DNA of 64,000 nucleotides. It comes from Mustelus asterias. Lineage: Eukaryota. How positions within the stretch are numbered: position 1 is the stretch's first letter; every line of letters begins with the position of its first letter. The notes below the pieces were generated by a model that did not search any database, was not told the DNA's origin, and saw only the letters and a program-made list of their open reading frames with translations. This document shows, one piece after another, positions 49,481 through 61,689 of this stretch. The stretch is taken from NCBI RefSeq assembly GCF_964213995.1, contig NW_027591796.1:1-64000 (forward strand), in the 5' to 3' direction. A program made the position numbers and the translations under genes.

Positions 49481-50065
49481 TGTGAATGGTCACAAACACT
49501 CACCTCTGAAACAATTTAACTGATTTTAATATTAAAATCTCCTGCTGGAGCCTGCAGCTGGAAAGATATCAGAAGCATTGGCATCAGAGAAAAATCTCCC
49601 AGTTGAGGAAATCCCCGGGGAGTGGGGGTGATGTCACTGTGCAATTGTAAGTAATTGTAAGAATACCTGGGTCTGTGCAAACCAGTGATCACCACACATT
49701 ATGGAGGATGTGAGGCTCCTTGACAGGGTGCAGAGGAGATTTATCAAAATGGTTCCAGAGATGAGGAATTATAGTTACAATGTTAGGCTGGATAACTTGG
49801 GGTTGTTCTCCTTGGAGCAGAGTAGATTGATAGAGGTGTACAAGAGTACATGGAGGTGTCAAAATTTACATGCTCTGTTTACACGTGTACAAGCTCTGAC
49901 TATGGGTCATCCAGACTCGAAACGTTGGTTCTATTCTCTCTCCACAGATGCTGTCAGATCTGCTGAGATTTTCCAGCATTTACTGTTTTTATTTCCCTTT
50001 CTTTTTCCTTCTCTGTCACCGCTCTGCCTCATCAATAAGACATTGGGACTCAAAGGGTTGATGCA

Positions 50066-50550
50066 GTTTGATGGACAAGTTGTCTCCATTCTGAACACTG
50101 GGGAACAAGCGCCTCCCACTGATTGACAATATTGCCCTCGACAAACATGGCGGCCGCACGTGCGCACTGCTGCATATTGCCCCCAATAAAGATGGCGAAC
50201 GTTAACCCGGGACGAACATGAGGAGCTACAGCCCCGCTCGGTCCAAACTGGGTCCGGGAAGCTCTCTTCCGCGGTTTGCGCCTTACACAACATGGTTACG
50301 CAGCGTTTTCACCCACCTGGGCGATCCATTGCTCTCTCCGTACCGCCAATCACCTCGAACAGATTTCCGAGCCGAAAACATCCGCTTTCCATCGCCATTA
50401 CTCACACTGCGCGTGCTCGAGTCAAAGCTGGCCCCGCCCCTCTTTGGCTCCTATTGGTTGGAGGACCGACTACTCCAGATGGGTCATCCAGCCCCGCCCC
50501 CTCTTCCCATTGGTCCGCGCTGCCGTCAATCAGCCAGACATTGTGACGGT
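50066..50550. promoter_or_regulatory. Duplicated CpG promoter cassette, copy 2 (inverted relative to 42500-43020)
   Basis: GTTTGATGGACAAGTTG...CCCCCAATAAAGATGGCG...TTAACCCG and ATTGGTTGGAGGACC...CCCCGCCCC are reverse complements of the 42.5-43 kb block. Confidence 0.7.
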
Positions 50551-50586
50551 AACTTGCTGTTTGTCCAATAATCACAGTGACAGAGT

Positions 50587-50947
50587 CTGAGTGTAACAAT
50601 GACACACACAGACTCCAATACAATCAGAGTGGGGATGGAGCACAGAGACAACACAGCAAAGCACTGACTTACTCTGAGTGTAACAATGACACACACAGGC
50701 TCCAATACAATCAGAGTGGGGATGGAGCACAGAGACAACACAGCAAAGCACTGACTTACTCTGAGTGTAACAATGACACACACAGGCTCCAATACAATCA
50801 GAGTGGGGATGGAGCACAGAGACAACACAGCAAAGCACTGACTTACTCTGAGTGTAACAATGACACACACAGGCTCCAATACAATCAGAGTGGGGATGGA
50901 GCACAGAGACAACACAGCAAAGCACTGACTTACTCTGAGTGTAACAA
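50587..50947 (+). repeat. 87-bp tandem repeat, about 4.1 near-identical copies
   Basis: CTGAGTGTAACAATGACACACACAGGCTCCAATACAATCAGAGTGGGGATGGAGCACAGAGACAACACAGCAAAGCACTGACTTACT at 50587, 50674, 50761, 50848. Confidence 0.95.
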
Positions 50948-53900
50948 ATACAATGTTTGTTCAAATAATAAGAGTCACGTTGCAGTATGTTAGTGAACAC
51001 AGCATTTGATCCAATGTAATGGTAATACAGTCAGTATCTAGTGCACCATAACCAAAGTTTAGGCTTTATTTGATGGTGTGAGTGAGTCGTGGTCTATTGA
51101 TATAATGTATTTAGATTCCAGTGTGTGTTACTCTGCCACTGTCAGTATCAGACAATAACCTGTCTGTTATTCCAATTCTGCTGTATTTTACAACTGCAGC
51201 TCCTGGGGCTGATTGGAATCTAGTATAATAACAATCACAAAGGTCGGTTCCAGTGTCTCTGAGGTCATTTTAACTGCAGGTAATCTGGCATTAAGGGAGA
51301 CGACACCCAACAAACATTCGATTATGATAGGAGGACAAGCTGTAAAGGAGCAATGATATTTTAAGGTGTCTATGTCAGTGTGTCATTGGGAGGTGAGTGA
51401 TAAAATAGAAGTGGAAACATCACGACAGAGACGTGTGACTGACTCGGCCGGACTGAGAGCTGTTATACTCGAGGCGAGAATAATGAGGACATGGGGAACT
51501 CCAGGGATTTCTGATATCTGAGGTGTATCTGTTCGAGGAACTGAAAATAATCAGTTCCTTCTGATGGCTATCTGCAGTTCTCAAGTTACACACAGGAAAC
51601 AGATCGGACAGCTCATCAAACCCAATGTTTAAATCTTCTGTTTGAGATACATTGTGACTGAAAAGATCAAATATTAAAACCTCAGGAGAGAAACATTCAG
51701 AATGTCACCAAGATGAGTGAACTGTCCAATTAATCCCATTCACCATAACTCTGCCAATTTACCTTCTGCAAGTATTTATCCAATTCCCTTTGAAAGTTAC
51801 TATTAAACCTGCTTCTGGCACCTGTCAGTTTGTGCATTCCAGATCATATCAAGTTATTGTGTAAAAAATTCTCCACATCACCCCCTCCAGTTCCGTTGTC
51901 AATTATATTAAATCTCTGTATCCTCTGCTTACAGACCCTCCTGCACCGAGGAAATCGATTCTCTCCATCGACAGACCCTCGTGCTCCTGGGAGATAATTC
52001 CTCTCCATTGACACTATCATAAATCATTTGTCATTTTAAACATCTCTATTAAATCGCCCCATCACATTCCCCAATCTAAGATGGATAACCCATGTTTTTC
52101 CTGCCCTGAAGAATTATATGGACTCAAAATGTTAACTGTTTCTCTCTGAACAGATGCCGCCGGACCTGCCGGGTTTTTCTGCTTCTCTCCCTGTTTTTCC
52201 CTCTATAATCAATCAGAAACTCTTCATGATTTTGAACATCTTGATCAAATAGGAACACACAAAGCCTGAGAAAGATACAGAGGAAAGAAGAGACAGAAAG
52301 ACTGAGAGAAAAATTGAGAAAGATTTTAAAAAGCAGAAAGATGAGACGGTCAAAGATAAAAGCTGAGAAACAGAGGAAACAAGCAATACAGAGAGAATGC
52401 TCTGTATATAAGGGAGCAGGCTATCAGTTCCCAGCTATGGGGAGCAGAGGGAACTCAGTAACTGATCCACAGACACAGCTGGTTATATCTGCGAATGGAA
52501 ACTCTGAACAGAAATAACAGGCTCATTTGTAAATGTCACCACAATGTGACCTGTGTGACTCTGCCCTGACTCTGTGGACAGATATCGGCCGCATTGACAG
52601 ATGTTCTCACCAGATTGTTGTCCCTGGATTTATTTTCTGCTCAGAAGTGAGATGTGAGGTTTGGAACCGGCAGCAGAGAAACAGGAAGTTGTGTTACCTG
52701 AGAATGAAACAGCCGGTGTCAGTTTGATGTTATCACAGTGAACAGTCTTCCTTCCTGTGAGGGTGAACTCACTCTGACAGCATCAAGAACAACCACACAG
52801 ATTGCTGCCAGTCTCAGCATTACATTCAGCTCCATTCCCATTTTAAACAATGAAGAAAGGAGATTATTTGGACTTTTAACACATTCACTGAATTGGGAGA
52901 TGGACTGAGGGTCATCACTGGGAGAAATGAGGAGGAATTAGAGAACAAATGAGTTTTCCCAAAGAGGGTTATTAGAAAAGAGGCGATTTAAAGTGAGTCA
53001 GGGCCTGTCAGAGGCAGTGGGAGAGAGGAACAGAGAGGATTGAATCTCCATCAATTAGATGTTTTCTCAGACAGCGAAGAGATGAAGTGTATTTGTGCTT
53101 TTTCAGAGAGAGGTAATGAGAGAGAGAAAACAATGAACAAGTTTAAGCATTATCTGAAATAGGAAGGTTAAATGAGTGAGTGTTTGAAAGAAAGAAAGAG
53201 AGACATTAAGTGATGAAGACAGTTTCTGAGAGGAGAGAGGTTAAGTGAATGTGAGAGAGGAGCGAGGTTAGAGTGTAAGAGACGTGGAAGGTGAGGTAAG
53301 TGTGAGTGAATGCCTGGAGAGAGAGAGAGACAATTCAGTGAGTGTGAGAGAGATGAGAGATGTTAAGTAAGTGAATGTCTGAAAGAGAGGAGAGCAGGTT
53401 CACATCCAGGGATCACTGAGAATGATCAAAATAAGGAGATCACCCAGAAAACTACCAACAGGAAACTTCAGCTGAACACATCACTCATTCTTAAATGATC
53501 AGTCAGGGCTCTGATGCTGCTCAGCTTCTCTCTGTTCTGTTTATTATGGTTAAAGGCTGATAGGAGTGAGGTTTATTGAAAAGGATAGTGTATGGGAAGC
53601 ACACATCAACAAAACTGAGAATTCTTGGACACACACTGCAGCTCCTTCTCTGTCTGGGAATCAAATTGTTGTCTAATTGTCCCAGCAGTTAACAGGGTCC
53701 TTTGAACGTCTCCAGCTGCTACTTTAATGCAGACTTCAACCAATTTATTTGAAGCCAGTTTCTGTTCAATAAACCAGGACTGACACACACACACATTAAA
53801 ATGTTTTACACTTTTTTTCATTTTGAGTCTGGAAACCTAAACCTGCCGTTTCACTCTCAGTCAGGAATAGATCCCAGTTTTACACCAATCTTTGACAGCA

Positions 53901-54325
53901 CGTTTCCAGCATTCACCATTGTTCTTCCTGACTCTAAAGGCAGTTGTAAAGGAGCTTCTTTTCCGTGTCTAGGAGCTCTGAACCATGGAAAAGAATGACT
54001 GGGACACATTTCTTACACTCCTCAGGATTCACCCACACGGGGACTTTGCTGTCAGTGAAAAGTGACGAAAAAGACCAAAGTGCTGTGTGACCCTCTCAGC
54101 GTGACCCTGAAGGACTGGGTCAAGAATGAAGTTCTGTTCCTACTGTATGATCCTCCCTCAGATTGCCCTTTCTGAGCTCCAGCCTGGTGACGTTAAACAC
54201 TCAAATGGAAAAGACAAAAATCTACAACAATGATTCAATCAAATGTCTATTTCACATTTATTCAGAATATCAAACCTCAACAGAAGAAAAAAGTCAGAGA
54301 GAACATGATTCAGTCCTGGATATGA

Positions 54326-55288
54326 TTAACAGCATCGATAAGTGGAGAATCCAAACCTTGCAGTCGTTTGTGAACTCGCCGGTGTGTTAGCAGGTGGGAT
54401 GACTGAATAAATCCCTTTCCAGACATTACAGGTGAACGGCCTCTCCCCAGTGTGAACTCGCTGGTGTTTCAATAGGTTGGGTGAAAGAGTGAATCCCTTC
54501 CCACACACGGAGCAAGTGAATGGCCTCTCCTCACTGTGAACCTGCTGGTGTGTCAGAAGGTTGTATGAATGGGTGAATCCCCTCCCACATTCAGAGCAGG
54601 TGAACGGTCGATCCCCTGTATGGAGCTGCTGGTGTATCAGAAGGTTGGATGAATTAATAAATCCCTTCCCACAGTCTGAGCAGGTGAAGGGCCTCTCCCC
54701 AGTGTGAATTCTCTGGTGGTTCAATAGGGCAGATGGGCGGCTGAATCCCTTCCCACACACACAGCAGGTGAATGGCCTCTCCCCAGTGTGAGTATATTGG
54801 TGCGTCAGCAGATCTTTTTTGTTTTTAAAGCCCTTCTCACAGTCAGAACAATTAAAAAGTTTGTTGTCAGAGTGAACAAGTTGATGTGTCTGCAGGTGGG
54901 ATGACTGAATGAATCCTTTCCCATACACAGAGCAGGTGAACAGTCTCTCCTCAGTGTGAATGCATTGGTGTGTCAGCAGATCTTTTTTGCATTTAAAACT
55001 CTTCCCACAGTCAGAACATGGAAACAGTCTCTCATCAGTGTGAACAAGTTGGTGTGTCACAATGTGGGATGAGCGAGTGAACCCCTTCCCACACACAGGG
55101 CAGGTGAACAGCCTCTCCCCAGTGTGAACCCGTTGGTGAGTCAGAAGGTTGTATGAATGGGTGAATCCCTTCCCACAAACGGAGCAGGTGAACGGTCTCT
55201 CCCCAGTGTGACTGCGCCGATGAACTTCCAGTTGTGATGGGAAACCAAATCCTTTCCCGCACTCCACACATTTCCACGGTTTTTCCAT
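54326..55288 (-). CDS. Tandem C2H2 zinc-finger protein G (10 fingers, one with C>Y; frameshift in finger 11)
   Basis: Kozak GCACCATGG, MEKPWKCVECGK...; C-terminus shifts frame at FTCNVWK. Confidence 0.82.
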   Translation of the reverse strand: MEKPWKCVECGKGFGFPSQLEVHRRSHTGERPFTCSVCGKGFTHSYNLLTHQRVHTGERLFTCPVCGKGFTRSSHIVTHQLVHTDERLFPCSDCGKSFKCKKDLLTHQCIHTEERLFTCSVYGKGFIQSSHLQTHQLVHSDNKLFNCSDCEKGFKNKKDLLTHQYTHTGERPFTCCVCGKGFSRPSALLNHQRIHTGERPFTCSDCGKGFINSSNLLIHQQLHTGDRPFTCSECGRGFTHSYNLLTHQQVHSEERPFTCSVCGKGFTLSPNLLKHQRVHTGERPFTCNVWKGIYSVIPPANTPASSQTTARFGFSTYRCC

Positions 55289-56249
55289 GGTGCTGGTGTC
55301 CTTGTGTTTCTCCAGGTTGGATGATCAGTTGAAACCTCGTCCACACACACAACATACATGTAGATTCACCCTGCTGTGAACTGTGTGATGTTTTTTCAGG
55401 CTGTGTAACTGGTTAAAGCTCTTTCCACAGTCAGTTCACTGGAACACTCTCAATCGGGTGTGTGTTTGTTTCAATGCTTTTCCGGTCACACTGATGTTTA
55501 AAATCTTTGCCGACAGACAGAAGAGTCAAACATTTCTCCTCCCACATTCAAAGACCAATAATATTCAGCTCCTAATGAACAAAATGACTTTGCCAGTCAT
55601 GATGTTTGGTTTGAGTTTTCTGTCTGCCAATCCTCCAATTACAATATCCTGTAAAAAAAAATTTGGAAAAGCCATCAGCGTCAGTCCAGGATAGAAATCC
55701 TGAACAGACAATTCTAGTTTCTCTGGGACATTTTTTCCTCTCTTGTTCCCCAAAATCTGTAAATCCCTGTCCCACACACTCTCCCTCCTCCCTGGGCTGA
55801 AATCCAAACCCATCTCACCATTTATTTCCTCCACTCCCAGTTTTCTCCCTCGCTCTCCTCTGTCTGGGTTCAGTTCTCCAGCTCCTGTCTGCAGACTGAC
55901 AATAAAACCAATGGGTCTTATTGGGGGTGTTGGGGCCTCCAGCGGGTGTTTGTGAATCCTCCCCGCCCACCTCCCAGGGTTTCCTTCCTTCCCAGAGATC
56001 AGAGTCCTCATTGATTTGAGGCCAAAGTGTAACCTCTTATTTGTTGTCCCCCTCCCCCATCCTCTGATGTGAACCATCCTCCAGTGGCTGAGCCAGGATG
56101 GGGCCGTTAACCTGGGCCTGTTCCCGGGAGGGAGGGAGGGAGAAGCCCCGCAGCTGCAAACCAGGGAGCTGACAATGATTCTGAAGGGTTTGCGGATCCA
56201 CAAAGTGTTTCCAAATCCTCCCAGCCACCGCCTAACGCTGACTCCGCTT

Positions 56250-56460
56250 CTCCGGGACAAACAAGCGCCAAGGACAGCAATGACACTGCGCATGCTCCAC
56301 ATCACAATGCCCGGGGACTGATAGACGGCTGCTCCGGACCAATAGGAAGAGGGGGCGGGACTTGAGGACCGAGCGGGAGTGGCTGGTCCTCCAACCAATC
56401 AGAGTGAATGGGAGGCGGGGCTGAACCCGGATCTCCCTCATTGGCTGAAACTCTGCATCA
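56250..56460. promoter_or_regulatory. Duplicated CpG promoter cassette, copy 3, upstream of ZNF G
   Basis: CACTGCGCATGCTC...CACAATGCCCGGGGACTGA...CCAATAGG...GGCTGGTCCTCCAACCAATC, highly similar to 42530-42670. Confidence 0.7.
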
Positions 56461-57518
56461 TTGTGAAAGCTGCTTTGTGTCAAAGTCCAGGAGAAAACTG
56501 GACCTTTGTGTTTGTGGCTTCAAACAGATGAGCGGAAAGGAAGGGATCTGAAAAGCAGCAGACACCAGGTTATTCTGGGAGAAATAGGACCTCTGCAATG
56601 TCAAGTTTTACACAGCACACGGGCAGCCTGTGGTTTCACCCTGGATGGAGAATCTCCGAATTGCATCATTCAAATCACTCCATGGAATTCTCAGGAACCA
56701 CATTGTTTGTCTGGAGAGGAAGGCTTGTAGTACAGTTAATGAAAAGCAGCACACAGCTAAACACAGAGGCCCACACACTCTCTCCCGCAGTCACACACAA
56801 ACGGACATCTTCTCAACGCACAGAAACTCACGTATATCAACAGGTACATGCACACAGGATATACGCAGATATACTCCATGATACACACATACACTCATGG
56901 ATACACTTACTCATACACAAATATACACACGGTACACTTACTGTCCTTTGGGGCGGACAACGCTCACCCATCTGTCTAATATTCGGGATAAAGCCACAAA
57001 GTTCAAGAAATTTCGGGAAAAATGACCCTCCAAGGACAACGAGTAGTCTTGACCATCCAATATTCTACCTTCTTCTCTGAAACAGAATCTTACAGAAACA
57101 ACAACAAACACTAACATTGACCATTCCGTTCCCACCCTATGTTATCAGGCCCATTTGGAGATAGTAGACAATGCAGAATATCTCAGGATAATTGCAGCCA
57201 CTAATTTTCCTTTTGTAATTACAGAAATGCTCATCCTCTCATATTGATCATCTAGTTGTTGAAGGAAATAGTGATCATCTAGTTATTGAAGGAAATTCTA
57301 AGACAGGTTACAAGGAGAAACAAAATCTAATGTTATTGTAACTCTGCAGTCCAATATTCCCTTGGCCCTAATCCTTGCTGCTCTAATCTGATAGGATTAG
57401 ATGTATTGCACAATACCGAGCAGGTGCCATTGACATTGTACATCTTCGCTATCAATAATACTCCTAACTTAGTATCATCCACAAACTTACTAACCATGCA
57501 TTGTACATTCACATCCAA

Positions 57519-59765
57519 ATTTGTTTTGATTTGATTGGATTTATTGTCAAATATATACAGTGAAAAGTATTGTTTCTTGCGCGCTATACAGACAAAGCAT
57601 AACATTCATGGAGAAGGAAAGGAGAGAGTGCAGAATGTAGTGTTACAGTCATAGCTAGGGTGTAGAGAAAGATCAATTTAGTGCGAGGTAAGTCCATTCA
57701 AAAGTCTGATGGCAGCAGAGAAGAAGCTGTTCTTGAGTCGGTTGGTATGTGACTTCAAGATTTTATATCTTTTTCCCGACGGAAGAAGGTGGAAGGTGGA
57801 CACTGACCTACACAAGAAAGCCAGATACGATCGAAGGAGATCCATCAAAGATGCGAAAAGACAATACCAGACCAAGCTAGAGTCCCAGGCTAGCCACACC
57901 GACCCCAATTATGGCAAGGTCTGCAAGACATAACAGTCTACAAGATGAAGGCATGTAAAATTGCCGGCTCCAACGCACCGCTCCCTGATGAGATCAATGC
58001 ATTCTACGTCCGTTTTGAGAAAGTGGTCAGCAAGAGCATGCCCTCCACCCTGGAAGCCCTGGATGAACCTGTATCTGGGGTCACCACTTCAGATGTCAGA
58101 GCAGCTTTCTTGAAGGTCAACCCACGGAAAGCAACTGACCCAGGTGGGGTACCCGGAAATGCACTCAGATCATGCATGGATTAGCTGGCAGAGGTATTCA
58201 CAGACATCTTCAACCTCTCTTTACAAGAATCTGAGGTCCCCATCTGCTTCAAGAAGATGACCATAATCCCGGCACTTAAGAAAAATCAAGCAGCGTGCCT
58301 TAATGACTATCGGCCGGTGGCTCTGACATTCATCATTATGAAGTGCTTCGAAAGGTTAGTCATGGCACAAATCAATTCCAGCCTCCCAGACTACCTGGAT
58401 CCACTACAGTTTGCCTACCACTGCAACAGGTCCACAGCAGATGCCATTTCCCTGGCCCTGCACTCAACCCTGGAACACAGAGATAACAAGGACATCTATG
58501 TCAGACTCCTATTTATTGACTACAGCTCAGCCTTCAACACTATTATTCCCAAGAAACTCCTCTCCAAACTCCATGGCCTGGGCCTCGGCACCTCCTTCTC
58601 CGACTGGATCCTGAACTTCCTAACTCATAGACCACAATCAGTAAGGATAGGCAACAGCACCTACTCCACGATCATCCTCAACACTGGTGCCCCACAAGAT
58701 TGTGTTCTCAGCCCCCTACTATACTCCTGATACACCTATGACTGTGCGGAAAAATTCCCCTCCAATTCAATTTTCAAGTTTGATGATGACACCACCGTAG
58801 TGGGATAGATCTCAAACAATGACAAGACAGAGTACAGGAATGAGATAGAGAATCTGGTGAACTGGTGCGGCAACAAAAATCTCTCCCTCAATTTCAACAA
58901 AACAAAGGAGATTGTCATCAACTTCAGGAAGCGTAAATGAAAACATGCTCCTTTCTACATCAATGGGGATGAAGTAGAAAGGGTCGAGAACTTCAAGTTT
59001 TTAGGTGTCCAGATCACCAACAATCTGTCCTGGTCCCCCCATGCCGACACTATAGTTAAGAAAGCCCACCAGCGCCTCTACTTTCTCAGAAGACTAAGGA
59101 AATTTGGCATGTCAGCTACGACTCTCACCAACTTTAACAGATGCACCATAGAAAGCATTCTTTCTGCTGTATCACAGCTTGGTATGGCTCCTGCTCTGCC
59201 CAACACCGCAAGGAACTACAAAAGGTCGTGAATGTAGCCCAATCCATCACGCAAACCAGCCTCCCATCCATTGACTCTGTCTGCACTTCCTGCTGCCTCG
59301 GCAAAGCAGCCAGCATAATTAAGGACCCCACGCATCGCAGACATTCTCTCTTCCACCTTCTTCCTTTGGGAAAAAGATACAAAAGTCTGAGGTCACGTAC
59401 CAACCGACTCAAGAACAGCTTCTTCCCCACTGCTGTCAGGCTTTTGAATGGACTTACCTTGCATTAAGTTGATCTTTCTCTACACCCTAGCTATGACCGT
59501 AACACTACATTCTGCACTCTCTCCTTTCCTTCTCTATGAACGGCATGCTTTGGCTGTATAGCGTGCAAGAAACAATACTTTTCACTGTATGTTAATACAT
59601 GCGACAAAAAAAGATCAAATCAAATCAAAGAGGGTATGCCCGTGGTGCGTGGGGTCTTTAATTATGCTGCTGCTTTGCCAAGGCAGCGGGAAGTGTAGGC
59701 ATGGATGGGAGGCTGGTTTGCGTGATGGATTGGGCTACATTCACAACCTTTTGTAGCTTCTTGCT
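57519..59765 (-). mobile_element. Rex1/Babar 3' fragment split by a plus-strand Rex1 copy
   Basis: Antisense tail at 57519-57795 continues at 59629-59765 (GGTGGAAG joined to AGAG). Confidence 0.8.
57796..59628 (+). mobile_element. Rex1/Babar LINE, 5'-truncated RT
   Basis: [65 protein letters not shown]; (AAATC)n tail. Confidence 0.9.
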
Positions 59766-60899
59766 GTATTGGGTGAATAACAAGGCTCCCAACACCGACC
59801 CCTGAGGCACGCCACGAGTCATAGGCCTCCAAGGATATGAAATACATTCAGGGCCAGAAAGGAGAAGTTTGTTTTTCAGAGTGGAGGGAAGCTTTCAGCA
59901 GTGTGACCCCCAGGGCTCAGTGTTGGCACCATTGCTCTCATTGATACATATTCATACCTGGACTTGGAACACAGGACAGAACTTCAATTTTTTCACAGGA
60001 TTCAAAACTCAGATATACGGGAAATAGTGAGGAGGATAATAAAACTTCAGGAGAACACAGAGAGATTGGAAGAAATGGAAATATAGATGGAGAGGTTAAT
60101 AACAAACTTCAGGAGGACAGAGACTGGGGAAAATGGAGATATAGGAAACAGTGAGGAGAACAGTAACAAACTTCAGGAGGTCAGAGAGATTGGCAAACCT
60201 GGCAGACACATCGCAGATAGAACGTATATATCATACTGCTTGGAACATCTTACATCCTTAACAACTCTGGGAACATTGTCTGTATGATCAGGATGGTGCT
60301 ACATAAAGCCAATGGGAAATTGATTTAGAAATAGTCTAGGGAAGAAAGCAATAGGGGAAACAGCAGTGAGAGAAACAGCAGTGAGAAAGGACACATGAAC
60401 ACAAGACTGAGGTTGGTTGACTGCTGGAGTGATAAAAAACTGGGTGACATGAAATATCGATCATTAATAGTACTGGAATAAATGTGTCTTGGAGACAATT
60501 AGCTAAAAAAAATGATTAAAATACATGTGCGATGTAATAAACATGGAATATACAAACAAAGTGCATTTATTGTGTTTTCCTAGCTGAGGGTGCCAAAGGG
60601 TCTGCAGTTTCACAATCAACACTGTTACGGAATGTTTTACACCATTTTTCAGTGCCATTGATTTATGTTGGTAAAATCTGTGCATTTCTGTGTTGATTAT
60701 ATGGGAATAACAGCAATGTTTTGGGATTAAATTGGAGACACAACTATCAAAATGTCAGCAATCAGCTATTTTAAGATAGGGACAATTAACACTCCTTTGA
60801 AACGTTTTGATTATTGTTCAGGTGCTATAAAAATGCAAGTAATATCCTGTGGAAAAAGACTGAATTCCCTGTCTGAGCTCAGAACAGACGATACAGTCA

Positions 60900-61465
60900 C
60901 ACAGCAGATTGACCACTCAGCAGCTGAATGTGGGAAGAGAAGCACTCGATCATCCCATTTACTGACAGAACAGCTGTTGGAGAGAGACCACTCACATATT
61001 TCACGTTAGTGAGCTCGTTTTGTTATTTTCCCAACTGTTCACACTCCAGATTAAGGCTTTCATGCATGGACAGCATATTCTTACGGGAGAGACGCTGTTT
61101 AAATGTTTCAAGTTTAAAGTTTGTTTATTAGTGTCACAAGTAGGCTAACATCAACACTGCAATGTAGTTACTGTGAAAATCCCCTAGTCGCCACACTCCA
61201 GCGCCTGTTCAGGTGCACTGAGGGAGAATTTAGAATGGCCAATGCACCTAATCAGCACGTCTTTTGGACTGTGGGAGGAAACCAGAGCACCCAGAGGAAA
61301 CCCACGCAGACACAGGGAGAACATGCAAACTCCACACAGACAGTGACCCAAGCCAGGAATTGAACCTGGGCCCCTGGTGCTGTCAGGCAGCAGTGCTAAC
61401 CACTGTCCCATGTATAGGTAGAGATTCACTTGTTAATCATACCTGCCGAAATATTAGTGAGTTCA
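60900..61465 (+). pseudogene. Highly decayed C2H2 zinc-finger remnant split by a SINE
   Basis: AECGKRSTRSSHLLTEQ; GERPLT-like and HQ.VH-like DNA. Confidence 0.4.
61115..61410 (-). mobile_element. tRNA-derived SINE
   Basis: Same subfamily tail as 2140-2425. Confidence 0.8.
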
Positions 61466-61689
61466 TTTGTGACTATCATGGATGTTTAGAATTATTTCCA
61501 CCGTTTTGGTGATTCTCGATTTCTGACAGTTCCAAGCCCCCTTCTTTGAACTTGGATAATGGACCTTGCATTTTAATTTCTATGTTCCCTAATTTTATTA
61601 ATGGTCCTTCAGCCCCGTTTTTCACATTATAATCAAAGAGAAATCTCTCCAACTCGATTTTCAAGTTTGCTAATGAACCACAGTAAAGC

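Noticed and set aside
50526-51000. Repeat proteins encoded by the 87-bp array
   Set aside because: Frames are open because the unit length is divisible by 3; no recognisable domain
50573-52760. V(D)J recombination signal sequences (CACAGTG heptamers)
   Set aside because: No ACAAAAACC nonamer at 12- or 23-bp spacing and no Ig/TCR segments
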